Assembly (NCBI RefSeq): GCF_020745735.1
Contig: NC_083409.1
Coordinates: forward strand, 93,950,048-94,014,047
DNA from: Hemiscyllium ocellatum
Taxonomy: Eukaryota
Length of the DNA: 64,000 nucleotides
Direction: 5' to 3'
In this document: positions 26,016-37,937 of the stretch, one piece after another
How the letters are laid out: each line of letters begins with the position of its first letter
How positions within the stretch are numbered: the first letter of the stretch is position 1
The notes under the pieces: generated by a model
What the model was told of the DNA's origin: nothing
Seen by the model: the letters and a program-made list of their open reading frames with translations, nothing else
The model's database searches: none
Translations under genes and position numbers: made by a program

Positions 26016-26234
26016 CAGTAGTCCCCCTGTACCCACAGGGATTACATTTTAGACCTACCACAGAAGCCCAAATCGGCAAATAGGACAAGCCCATTCACTT
26101 AAATGAGAAATGTATCTTTCTGGCAGCCCCCGGTCCTTGGTGCTGGAATGTTCCCTATAAAATGTTCTGGCTGTGGCAAACCGTGAGTAAGTGAAACAAC
26201 AGAAAATGATTCCGTGGTTGCAGGGGTCGCCCTG
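26016..26234. mobile_element. Tigger/pogo-like MITE
   Basis: Imperfect TIRs CAGTAGTCCCCCTGTACCCACAGG ... CCGTGGTTGCAGGGGTCGCCCTG flanked by TA (26014-15, 26235-36); resembles MER2/MER44-type ends. Confidence 0.7.
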
Positions 26235-28670
26235 TATATTATTGTTAGGGTTCAATATCTTTGATTCTGTGGCAAATGAAGTTGTAGTTTTCTCATTTGC
26301 TTATGAGGCATCCAATAAACCCAATACCAAATTCTGCAGAGATTATTCTCGAAAGAAGGACTGCCAGTGCATCGATCTCCTTTAAAAATTGTTCTCTGTA
26401 CCTACTGGATTAAAATGTGATCTTTTTGCTAATTAATAGAAAATGCACAGCAGGGTCAACAGCTATCATTCGTCACTAATTGCCACTTTACTCCCTGACA
26501 TCAAGACACTCTCACAGCACCATTAGGGAGAGTTTTCTATGATCGTAAAGCAATGACGATGAAGGACATGACACAGCTTGAGTTCAGGGTTCTGTAGGCT
26601 TTTGTGCTCGCACCAGAGGAACCATAAGAGAAACACGCTCAGGGACAAGAGGAGCTAATGACAGAGTTACTTTAACAACTTTAAATTGCATATTCTTTTC
26701 ATCTTCCTTCTGTACCAGACTTTATCCCTTTTTAACTTCATACTTGTGTATGTTTGATATCACACTTCAAATTTTTTTTTGGTGATAGCAAGTAATAATG
26801 TGCTTCTTATTTTGTTCAAGAAAATATCCTACTTTGCTTCTCATGTTTCTGGTCAACGCGTCAACACATTTATTTGTATGAATTTATAGTTTTGTGCTGA
26901 GAAAATGATTTGGGGCATTTGTTAGGGTTAAATGAGGAGGTTGAAAATTCAGGGGGTGAGCAACTCACACTTCCTCACCTGAATGTTGCAGTGTAAACTA
27001 ATGGTGGGGCTATTTAGTGAGAAAAAACCTGAAGGAAAACCATGGCCTTCAGGGTCATCGTTGAAGGATGTTTCCAGAGGAAAAGCCAGAGTTTATCTTT
27101 CCTTTATAGGATATTATCTTGTGCTCAAATGAGCATTGATATCATTCCATTAAGGAATGGATATCTGTTTGTGTTACCATTGAGATCAGTCAGCCATGAA
27201 GATATAATATTATGCAAGGCTAGCCCAAGCGGTAGTATTACCGCAAAACTCTTAGCATAGGATAGATATTAGCCAGTGAAATAGAGATCAAGAACTGCCA
27301 TTCATTTTACTGTTGCTACCTATATAGACAAATTCACCCCATCAGTTCAGCAAAATATGAAAGTGTGTGTATGCAATTGATAAACCATTATTAATGAATA
27401 TGGTTATTTTGCAATCGTAGACATGTCTGAATGATTGTGTTTGTATTGTAGAATTTCAGGATGATAACTTGTCATCCTTTTTCAAATTTTACATTAAAAT
27501 CCACTTTCAGCTTGCATTACTATTCTAGGTATCCATCCCAAACTAAATAAAATGTACTTAGGACCTATTCTGTTGTCAAATTCTATTATTAATGCAGATA
27601 GAAGTACAAAAATACAAACAGAGTGAAGAAAAAGAACAGCATAAATCCTTAAATAGATTCATAATAAAAGTAGATTTACACTGGCAAAAGCTGTATTGGT
27701 GTTCCAATACCAATATGTAAAATCCACCAATTGGCACTTTGACAAATTGACCACTTGGTAGCTGCATTCATCCATCAAATATATTTGTGTAAAAGTTAAG
27801 ACAAAACATTTAGTCAAAAGATACGGTATCGATGTTTACATGAGTAATATTTTGAATGGTTTGAAATCCATGTCAAATGGAACTGCCACATTACCAATAT
27901 TGATTCTGACGCTTGTTGCTGGCCACAGTCCTGAGTTCAGTATCAAGCTGCTGTCCAGCACTATCCACCAGTGATTCTTAATGTTTGAATGGGAAAAGAG
28001 CAATTGTGAAAAATACTTTGCTGTCCTGTTCCCAAAACCAGCACAAAGTACGCAAGAAAAAATTAAGGATTTGGGGATCAAAAGTCAAAGATTAACTCTT
28101 ACATAACATCAATTATTACTTGAGGATTGATGACAATTTCTTTGTATCCTCTGCAGCATCAAGTGAAAAGAGACTTGTTCCTTTGCCCCAACAGTAAGTT
28201 GTCACATCAAAACAGCATCTGAGTCATAATGCAGCCTTCTTTTTCTCTCACAAATGAATGTTATCACTTACTGAACTCGTTAACACTCCCACCTTTTGTC
28301 TACTGTTCAATTTGGCATCAAAGCAGCAAATATTGGAAACACGCACTAGGTTCAGGCATAAATATCATAAAAGGTCCTGAGGAGAAAGGAAAAGCCAGTG
28401 TCAGCAATAAGCTGTCACACTGTGTCACACACTTCAAATGTGATAACCACCATCCCACTTATCCACACCAGGAATTTAGCTAATTATGTCACTGAAGGGA
28501 AAGCTAAGTGACCTAAAGAAATAAAAACCTCTTTCCATTTGACCAGCTTAATTCCTGCTTCACCACAGAGCCCAAGGTTTGGGATTTCTCTGCTAATGCC
28601 TTTGTCATCAATGCCTTTGACAATGAGCCAAACACACTACAAAGTGTGGCAGGAATGATGGAGGACTTCA

Positions 28671-28868
28671 GGATAAAAACAAGGACTGCAGACGCTGGAA
28701 ACCAGAGTCTAGATAAGAGTGGTGCTGGAAAACCACAGCAGTTCAGACAGCATCCGAGGACCATTAAAATCGACGTTTCGGGCAAAAGCCCTTCATCTAT
28801 TCCTGATGCTCCTCGGATGCTGCCTGAACTGCTGTGCTTTTCCAGCACCACTCTAATCTAGAGACTGG
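28671..28868. mobile_element. PLE-derived fold-back element, family B-like
   Basis: Inverted arms with a centrally deleted right hammerhead; 12-bp TSD TGGAGGACTTCA at 28659-28670 and 28869-28880. Confidence 0.88.
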
Positions 28869-29039
28869 TGGAGGACTTCACTCGATATGACCGTCTCATC
28901 AATTGATCTCCATCCTTCTCCATTGCTGTCTGCAGTAGAACCCCTTACAACTGATGCCAAAGACCAAACAAATATTCTGACTATTGTTATATTCTTTAAA
29001 CTCAAATATACAGCACTCTGCACAAGAGACAAAACCAGG

Positions 29040-30230
29040 AATGGGGAGGTATTGGCATTGCAACTGTGAGTGTCAGTGCTACTGTCATTGAATCAGAGAC
29101 TGAGGTAATGTTTTAGGGGACCCACTTTGAATCCCACCACAACACTCCTCAAGCAACAGCCTGACCATTGTCATAGTCAGGAAATTATACCTTACTGACA
29201 ATGTCCCAGAAACCATGATCACCATTGGAGGTTGTAGCACAATGAAACATGGAGTTGCCTGGGAGCTTTCAATATTGACTTTGGGCATCATGAATTGTGA
29301 TGGCACCAAGTCAAACCCTGGAAGGGAAACCGTCAGTTAATTTCTGTGTCCCCACCAACAATGCTACCCCAACCACCACGTTTGCTCATGAATCAGTACT
29401 CCTTCATACTAAGCACATTGTGAGAATGCACTCCCTCATCAATTGCCTCTCGATCATCAGATGTGATGGAAGGGGCATCAGCAGATTGATCAGGCAGCAC
29501 TTGCTCAAAGATAACTGCCCACTGACAGTTCATTTTGATTCTGTGAGAGCCAACTCACCTCAAACATGAATAAAAGAGCTGAATTTCAGAGGTGACATGA
29601 GATTGCCTGCCCTTGACATCAAGGCCACGTTTGGCTGAATGTGGCATCAAGCATCCCTAGCAAAACTGGTGTCAATGGGAATCAAGAGCAAAAGTCTGAT
29701 AGCTGCAGTTGTTGGAGGTCAGTCATCTCAGTCCCAGGACTCGTCTATAGATGCAATCAATAGTGTGAAGGAACATGCCCCATTGCCCCCTTGACACCAT
29801 CTAGGCCAAAGTAGCTGACTTAATTGGCACTATATCCACAAACATTCAGTCCCTCCACCAACTATGCTAATGGCAGTACCGAGGACCATCTGTAAGATGC
29901 ACTCTGGACATTCACCAAGACTCCTTAGACTTTCCAAACCCATGGCCATCTAGAAGGACAAAGGCAGTATTAACATGACCTACCACCACCTGCAAGTTTC
30001 CCTCCAAGTCATTCACCATTTTGACTTGGAAATTTGTGGTCTCTGTAGACTTCAGTGGCACTGCTTTAAAATCCTGGAATTCCCTCCCTAACAGTATCAT
30101 GAGTCTACACTAAATGGACTGCAGCAGTTCAAAAAGGCACCTCACCACCAATTTCTCAAACACAATGAGGGATGGGCAATAAATGCTCAGCTATCAAAAC
30201 ACACATCTATCCCGTGAATAGATAAAAAAG
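29040..30230 (+). mobile_element. Chimeric SINE head plus multiply internally deleted LINE (second family)
   Basis: 29040-29143 resembles the SINE-2 head; then EN-like 'KQQPD..YLTDNVPET', RT-like 'LDIKATF..VWHQ' and the family 3' tail, all within ~1.1 kb. Confidence 0.6.
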
Positions 30231-31009
30231 TTTTACAAATTCAAACCATATGCTGGAATACTGACACTGGTAATAATGAATACATCCCTAGATTTCTGCA
30301 TCAATTTTATTTCTGGCTTTTAAGATCAATGCTTTTTCTCAATGTAATTCCGGGGTGGGGAATCACACCAGATGTAAGTGAATGATTCAGGATACTGCCT
30401 CAAGCAGATAGATAAGTATTTGCTATTCTCACTGCTGTATTGTACTTAAAATTTGAATTCTCCACTTCAAGGCACTGTGTTCCTACATTTGTGTTCTAAT
30501 TGGTGGTCTGGTGAAATGGACACTGGATTTTATGAAATAATTTCTTCACATTGTGAGAATCAATTTGAACACTAAAGCCAATGTTTCAGCTGTGAGGTAT
30601 ATAATTAAGTCCATAGCAGCAATATCTGAACAGTATACATAAACTGAAGGCATGAAACGGATTAATTGTTCATCCAGTTACTTTGCTTCACTCATAAGTC
30701 CCATACTCAGAAACTGTCACTTTGTGAAACTTGAAGGATCAAGACACAAGTAGAAATGTGGAAGATCATTTCGTCCATTAAGGTCATCCTTACACAGAAA
30801 GACTCTGAGACAAAAGTGAAGCATTATCACCCAAGTTTGGCAGAATGGATATCAAGTTACAACGTACGAGAGTCACAAAAACTGACAGGCCTTGCAAGCA
30901 ATGAAGAAACCTGCAAGTGTAGTCTTGCCATAATCTCTGAGTTTAAACATCACCTGCAGTTAAATGCAACATCCTGCGTTTAAATTGTTATCGAAGTCAC
31001 AGGGTTTGG

Positions 31010-31710
31010 TTGATGTATTTTGTATTCACAAGATGTGAACAGGCCAACTAAGGTAGTGTTTATTTAACTCAAATTGGCTTCAAGAAGATGATGAGGAACT
31101 AGATGGTGTTTTTAGGGAAAGAGTACCAGAATTTTGACCTAGCAACAATGAATGAACAGTGATATTTTTCCAAATTAGGATGGTCTGTAACTTGGAGGGG
31201 AACTTGCAAATGATGGTGTTACCATGGATCTACTTCCCTGCTTTTCTCTGGGATAGAGGCTTGGAAGGGGAAGCAATGGCCTAGTGGTATTATCGCTGAA
31301 CTGTTAAACCAGAGACCCAGGTAATGTTCTGGGGACCCATGTTCGAATGTTGCCTTGGCAGATGGTGGAATATGAATTCAATAAATATCTGGAATTATGG
31401 GTTGCATGATGACCATGAATCCATTGTCAATTGTGGGGATACCCATCTGGTTCACTAACATCCTTTAGGGAAGGAAACTGCCACCCTTAGCTGGTCTGCA
31501 TTACATATGACTCCTGACCCATGGCAACGTGGTTGACTCGTAACTGCCCTCTGGGCAATTAGGGATGGACAATAAATGCTGCCTAAGCAGTGATGCCTTC
31601 ATCCAGAATGAATAAAGAGAAAAAGGTGCTTTCAAAGGAGCCTTGATGAGGTTAATGCAGTGCAGCATGAAGATGATGCACACTGCTGCCACTGCACTTC
31701 AGTGATTGCT
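31010..31710 (-). mobile_element. LINE 3' fragment (second family) interrupted by a SINE
   Basis: Reverse complement of the family tail at 31010-31260, continuing at ~31630-31710. Confidence 0.6.
31266..31622 (+). mobile_element. tRNA-derived SINE, second family, full length
   Basis: A-box-like atggcctagtgg and B-box-like gttcgaat; tail gggcaattagggatggacaataaatgctg..gaatgaataaa shared with the LINE family. Confidence 0.8.
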
Positions 31711-31849
31711 GTAGTTAATCACTAATATAGACCACAGGAAGACTCAGTATGCAGGCTTTCTTTGTGTCTATTCAAACAACCTTAGAGAGAGAGAGTCTGC
31801 CTTAGGTGGGCAAAACAGAATCCTGTCTGATACTCTGTCTGGCTCTAGT

Positions 31850-32360
31850 ATTCAATGTTGGGGAAAATCAGCCAACATGTCACTGTTTACCCTTCAACCT
31901 CTTCATAGTATTGAATATTTCAACAAGATCATCTTGTTCCTCTTAACTCCAGTTTACTTAGCTTCCCATCATAGGCAAAGCCCCTCATTTCAGGAACAAC
32001 GTTAATGAACCTTCTCTGTACAGTGTCCAGCACACATAAACATAGACACCAAAATTGCACGCAATGTTTAAGGTGACTCACCAAAGCCCTGTTCATTGGT
32101 AGCAATATTTCTTTATTCTTGTAAGCCAGAACTTGCATTTAAGGTCAGCATACTATTTGCTATCCTATTTGCTGGCTGTACCTGCATGCTGGCCTCTTGT
32201 GTTCCTTGTATGAATAAATTAAAGGCTCATTGAGGATCAACATTGAGCATCATACAAGTTGCACTTGACTTTAAAAAAAATCTACTTTTCTATTCTTACT
32301 CCCAAAATGAATATTCTCACACTTTCCCACATCATACTTCATTGGTCACCTTTTTGCCAT
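31850..32360 (-). mobile_element. Old CR1 3' fragment
   Basis: ORF 31929-32138 'LVSHLKHCVQFW..VQRRF..PEMRG'. Confidence 0.75.
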
Positions 32361-32369
32361 CTGAAAACC

Positions 32370-32512
32370 TGATCATCTCATTATTTATTCAATCGCTGTT
32401 TGTGGAACTTTGCTGCTTGCAAATTGGCTGCTTAAATTTCTATAATTACAAGAGATTGCACTTCATTTACTGCAAAATGTTTTAGGATGTCTTGAAGTTG
32501 TTGAAGGCTCAA
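32370..32512 (+). mobile_element. DeuSINE 3' portion
   Basis: gctgtttgtggaactttgctgcttgcaaattggctgc..acttcatt..ttttaggatgtcttgaagttgttgaaggc matches the tail at 12195-12330. Confidence 0.65.
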
Positions 32513-32525
32513 CAAAAATGTGATT

Positions 32526-32802
32526 CTGGATCAGTGGTGCTGGAAGAGCACAGCAGTTGAGGCAGCATCCAAGAAGCAGTGAAATCGACGTTTCGGGCAA
32601 AAGCCATTCATCAGGAATAAAGGCAGAGAGCCTGAAGGACCTTATCTCTCCACCCGTCAGGCTCTCTGCCTTTACTCCTGATGAATGGCTTTTGCCCGAA
32701 ACGTCGATTTTGCTGCTCCTCGGATGCTGCCTGAACTGCTGTGCTCTTCCAGCACCACTAATCCAGAATCTGGTTTCCAACATCTGCAGTCATTGTTTTT
32801 AC
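32526..32802. mobile_element. PLE-derived fold-back element, family B, hammerhead cores on both strands
   Basis: 114-bp inverted arms 32522-32635 and 32657-32770; perfect 13-bp TSD CAAAAATGTGATT at 32513-32525 and 32803-32815. Confidence 0.93.
32674..32709 (+). ncRNA. Minimal type-I hammerhead ribozyme motif (mirror copy at 32583-32618 on minus strand)
   Basis: CTGATGA (32678-84), GGC-TTTT-GCC stem II, GAAA-CG-TC; activity untested. Confidence 0.7.
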
Positions 32803-33151
32803 CAAAAATGTGATTATGTTTTCTTTCTACTCGCTGTTCCAGGGCCAGATGTGCCTGGTCAAGTAATTCCTTCCTGGACTTTCTGACAGAAATCTATGGT
32901 TTAGTATTCAGCAATAATGACTATTAGAAAAACTTCTATTTTCACTTTCTAGCCACAACTATTTCCTAACCTCATGACTAGGCCCCAATACATACCTACA
33001 TTTCCTATGCATTTGCCCCTATACCTGTATCATTAGCTCATGAACATTAAAAATACCACAACTTGATTTCATGTTCAATATGCCCATTGGAATAATGAAG
33101 GAAAAATTGACAAGAGTTTTGGCACCTGATGTTCATTCTGGATGATTCTCC

Positions 33152-33960
33152 AGGATAAAGTGAGGACTGCAGATGCTGGGAATCAGCCACTGCAGGAAGT
33201 GCAAAACCAGTGCCCATACTACTTCCCTCACGTCCGTTCAAGGCCCCAAGGGGTCCTTCCACATCCACATGAAATTTACCTGTACCTCTACCAATGTCAT
33301 CTACTGCATCCGTTGCGCCCAGTGTGGTCTCCTCTACATCGGGAGACAAGACGCCTTCTTGCGGATTGTTTCAGAGAACATCTCTGGGACACCTGCACCC
33401 ACCAAACACTCCGCCCCTGGCTAATATTTCAACTCCTCCCACTCATTCCTGATGAAGGGCTTATGCCCGACACGTCGAATTTCCTATTCCTTGGATGCTG
33501 CCTAACCTGCTGTGCTTTAACCAGCAACACATTTTCAACTCCTCCCACTCCGTCAAGGACATGTAGGTCCTGGGCCTCCTCCAACACCAAACCATCACCA
33601 CCTGACGTCTGGAGGAGGAACACCTCACATTCTACCTTGGGACCTGCAACCACACGGGATAAATGTGGATTTCTACAGCTTCCTCATTTCCTCTCCCCTC
33701 ATATTATCCCAGTCCTAAGCCTCCAACTCAGCACCGCCCTCTGGACTCACCCATCACTCCCCCTTCTGACCTATCCCCTTCTCCCACACCTTCATCCACA
33801 TATGCTAGCTTCACCCAAACCCCACCCCTTCCCATTTATCTCTCAGCCCCGATCCACAAGCTTCATTCCTGATGAAGGGCTTATGCCTGAAACATTTATT
33901 TTCCTGCTCCTCGGATGCTCCTTGACCTGCTGGGCTTTGCCAGCACCACACTCTTGACTT
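33152..33960 (+). mobile_element. Penelope-like element 3' fragment (GIY-YIG endonuclease region and hammerhead 3' UTR) with an inverted terminal tail at its 5' end
   Basis: ORF 33173-33424 'CRKCKT..FTCTSTNVIYCIRCAQCGLLYIG'; decayed hammerhead at 33865-33900; 33152-33186 is the reverse complement of the family A terminal tail. Confidence 0.9.
33445..33532 (+). mobile_element. Family A hammerhead element nested inside the PLE
   Basis: ATTC-CTGATGA-A-GGGC-TTAT-GCCC-GACA-CG-TC-GAAT (GAAA mutated); 18-bp TSD TTTCAACTCCTCCCACTC at 33427-33444 and 33533-33550. Confidence 0.88.
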
Positions 33961-34009
33961 AAGAATTATACCCTTTTGTTATTGACCCTTCAACTACTTT
34001 TGTTTAATT

Positions 34010-34490
34010 CATTCATGGGACATGGGATGTTGGTGTCACTGGTTGGGCCCGCATTTAATTCCTATCCCGAATTGCCCTTGAGATGGTGATGGTGAGCTGC
34101 CTTCTTGAACCGCTGCAGTCCGTCTGCTGTGGGTTGGCCCACAAAGCCCTAACAGAGGGCTCTTTCTGAGCAAGGATGACCTTAATGGATGAAACGATCT
34201 TCCACATTTCTCCTTGTGTCTTAATCCTCAAGTTTCACAATGTGACAGCTTCTGAGTATGGGATTTATGAGTGAAGCAAAGTTACTGGATGAACAATTAA
34301 TCCATTTTGGCCCAGCAACAGTGAAGGAACGGCAATATATTCCCAAGTCAGGATGATGAGTGGTTTGGAGGGACATGGAGTTGATGGTGTTCTCATGATG
34401 GACATGGTTGTGGGTCTGGAAAATGCTGTCTCAGGATCTTTGGTGAATTTTCTGCAATTTGTCTTGAAGATAGTACACACTGCTATTATT
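34010..34490 (-). mobile_element. LINE 3' fragments (second family)
   Basis: Reverse complement of the family tail and of the cctgacttgggaatatattgccgttccttcactg segment. Confidence 0.7.
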
Positions 34491-34519
34491 GTTATCCACC
34501 CTAACTAAAATGCTCCAAC

Positions 34520-35095
34520 CCAGACAACATTCTGGTGAATTTCTTCTGCATCTCCTCCAGTGCAATCACATCTTTCCTGAAGTGCAGTAACCAGAACTGC
34601 ACATAGTGCTCCAGCCGTGGCCTAACTGAAGATTTTTTCCAGCTCCAACAGAACATCATTGCTCTATTCCATGATTGCTACAGGCAAGTGTCCTCTATGC
34701 TTTCTTAACCTGTCCTGTCATCTTCAGGGATCTATGGACCAGTATCCCAAGACCCCTCCATTCTTCTGAGCTTCATTGTGTCCTACCATTCATAGAGTAC
34801 TCACTTTTTTTAAATACTTCTTTCTAAAGTGCATCACCTAACACTGTTCTGGGTTAAATTCCATCTGCCACTGATCTCCTCATTGAGTGTTGAGGTTGAA
34901 GTGTTTGATCTCAAGGAATCAAGGGATATGGGGAACAGGTGAGAGATGGCAGTTGAAGCCCAGGGTCAACCACAAGAATGCTGAACAATGGACGAGGCTC
35001 AAGCACCTACAAATGGTTTGCTTCTTCCCATTTCTTGTGTTCTCCATCTCTACCCTATGAAATTCCAACATAGTTTTATAAACCTCCCTTACATC
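34520..35095. mobile_element. Rearranged CR1: minus-strand body with a plus-strand 3' tail
   Basis: Minus-strand RT C-terminus 34520-34885; plus-strand 3' UTR 34885-35045. Confidence 0.65.
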
Positions 35096-35100
35096 ACCAA

Positions 35101-35445
35101 TCGTAGAATCCCTACAATGTGGAAGCAGGACATTCAGCCCATTAAGTCCACACTGATCCTCCAAAGAGCATCCCACCCAGATCCAGACCCCTACCCTCTC
35201 CCTGTAACTTTGCATTTCCCATGGCTAACCCATTTAGGCTGCACATCCCTGGACACTATGGGCAATTTAGTATAGCCACCTAACTTGCACATCTTTGGAC
35301 TGTGGGAGAAAACCGGAGCATGCTGAGGAAACCAACGCAAACACATGGAAATTGTGCAAATTCCACACAGGCAGTTGCCAGAGGGTGGAATCAAACCCAG
35401 GCACTGTGAGGCAGCAGTGCTAACCACTGAGCCACTGTGCCACCT
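35101..35445 (-). mobile_element. HE1-type V-SINE
   Basis: tRNA head and V-domain. Confidence 0.9.
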
Positions 35446-36764
35446 TGTCTTTCTACAGACTTGGCTTTTCTCCAGAGAAGATTTCTGTTCAGTCTTTCCT
35501 GATAGACCTTTTGTGCCTGTGCATTTTTATTTATTCTTTTGAGGATTTGTCACATAAATTATATCTACTGTGGCTGAAAATCAAAAGCAATTTTATTCCA
35601 CAAGTTTACAACAAACTTTTAACTGTGAACAAACCTCATTAAAAGTATGTAGTAGACAACAAACTGTGTGAGTCCACCCACCTTCCACCCACTCTCTGAT
35701 AGCACGCCAAAGCCAATCACCATCACTCCTCATTTCGATCAAAAGGGAAGGTCACCCTAATTAAGAATGAGCAGAGAATTAAAGTGATTCTGCTAGGTCT
35801 AAAAAAAGCTGAAAGAAATAAATAATTATGGTTGCTGGTGATTAAATGTGATGCTGCTGGAAGAAACAAAGTAAAATAAGGATTATATTTTCAGTTTGTC
35901 TTCATCATGCTCTTTGATGTGAAATTATGCTGCTTCTTCTATAATAATTTTAATTATACTTTAATGACCTGTAACATGCTTTACGAAGACTACAACATGT
36001 TTTTCTTAACATTTTATTCAGCATAATTTTAATTTTAAAAGTGACATGAAATCTCATCTAAAGAGGCGTTTACACATAATTGTGTCACTAAAACAGAAAG
36101 TACAGTATTTTTCTACTTATGCACTTTTCCACATTTCCTGTTCATAATCATTTTTTATATTATCAATAGCCAAGGTAATTTGCAAGAGGTAATAAGGCAA
36201 TGTCATTGTTCCTCACTGCTATTTCATTGAATTGAGAGGGTCACTGTTACAATGCTTCTCTGTATCTATACTGAGTACAATGCTCAAGTCCAAAGTCTAG
36301 TCCTTAGCATAGCAATCAATCCATCATTCCAGAAAGAGGGAGGAAACATTACATCAAAACTGAGATTAAATTGGGACAGTACATTAGATGCTGCATTTTG
36401 GGATGCATCTTTCCTCTGTTGTAACGATCTCATGTTAAATGAATTTGGGGCCATCTTAATCTAGTTTCTACCCCATTTATTTGATATTAATTGGCAATCT
36501 CAATCAGAAAGCATGAAGAATTATTGGTTTAAAAATTGCTTCTGACAGTCCTCTTGTTTCTGTTTCTGTTTCCATAAAGACCTACAAGCCTTATCCTCTC
36601 CATCTCCCCACCTTCCCACTTCAATATCAATTGCTTCGTGACTAATTGCACAAGTTTTCTTTTGATTATCCTTTCAAATATTACATTCCAGAATCAGTCT
36701 AGATAGTAATGACTTCTTGAGAGAAAACTGCATTGATCCTGATCTTACCTTTTACCATGTTTTA

Positions 36765-37867
36765 GGGATAAAAAAATGGCAGATGCTGGAATCCACGATT
36801 GACCAAGAGGAGGCTAGAAGAACGCAGCAAACCAGGCTGTTTCCGATGATCCCAATATGGTCTTCTCTACATCAGAGAGACCAAATGTAATCTCAAGGAA
36901 CATTTCACCAAGCATCTCAGCCAGGCCCACAGGGGTCGACCTGACTTCCCAGTCACTATCCATTCTAATTCCCTATTCCACTCCTTTCCGAACATGACCA
37001 TCCTTGGCTTCGTCCATTGCCACAATGAACCACTCACCGCAGATTGGAGGAACAACACCTCATCTAATAACAGTGACCCTCTCAATTCAATGAAATAGCA
37101 GTGAGGAACAACACCTCATCATCCGCCTAGGCAGCCTACAGCCTGGAGGACTCAACATTGAGTTCTCCAGTTTCAAATAATCTCCCTTCCTATCCACCGA
37201 CTCCCTCCCTAGCCCCTCCCCTTCCCGTTCATTCCTCTCATCAACCATTCCTTGCAGCCATTAACCAGATTAGTTCCTCCCATTGACCAACCAGGTCATA
37301 CCCTCTACCTGTGTTCACCTATCCTCACCTCACCTCCCTGCCCCACCTCCCCCTTTATCTGCAGCTCCACTTACGAGGAGATTGACCATAAGACCTTCCC
37401 TCCAGATCAGGCAACATCTTGGTAAAAATCTCTGCATCTATTCCAATGCTTCCACATCCTTCCTGTAATGGGACAACCAGAACTGCACAACAGTACGAGG
37501 GGGCATAGCTGCAAATTGAGGGGTGATAGATTTAAGACAGATGTCAGAGACATGTTTTTTACTCATAGTGGTAAGGGCGTGGAATGGTCCGCCTGCCAAT
37601 GTAGTTAACACAGCCACATTAGGGGCATTTAAAGAGTCCTTGGATAAGCATGTGGATGATGATGGGATAGTGTAGAGAGATGGGCTTAGATTAGTTGACA
37701 AGTCGGCGCAACATCGAGGGCCGAGGGGCCTGTTCTGCACTGCATTGTTCTATGTTCTATGTTCTTACACCCACCCCAGTTCTGGAGAAGAGTTACATCT
37801 GAAACATTGACTTCTCCACTTCCTGATGCTGCCTGGCTTGTGTTCTCCCAGCCTCCTGCGTGTCTAA
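36765..37867 (+). mobile_element. Penelope-like element fragment (GIY-YIG C-terminal part, degenerate hammerhead, inverted 5' tail) with a nested CR1 piece at ~37375-37765
   Basis: 'GLLYIRETKCNLKEHFTKHL' at ~36860; ctggagaagag..tctgaaacatt at ~37782-37808; perfect 16-bp TSD CTTTTACCATGTTTTA at 36749-36764 and 37868-37883. Confidence 0.85.
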
Positions 37868-37937
37868 CTTTTACCATGTTTTAAAACAATTTATTCTGCA
37901 GAAATAAAAGAATTTAAACAGTCTTTCTTAATTGCAG

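Noticed and set aside
26430-26990. Possible solo LTR (similar impression at ~8920-9400 and ~60900-61500)
   Set aside because: No TG..CA ends, TSD or second copy could be verified
27576-28483. Short ORFs in unique sequence as host exons
   Set aside because: No recognisable protein similarity and no convincing pair of splice sites
32463-32886. Overlapping + and - ORFs with near-identical peptides (also at 28513-28861 and 56130-56396)
   Set aside because: Artefact of the palindromic elements; the recurring 'LLPETSILLLLGCCL' peptide is just the translated hammerhead UTR
33142-33957. 271-aa ORF as a novel gene
   Set aside because: Off-frame read-through across a decayed PLE and a nested insertion; the GIY-YIG similarity is in another frame
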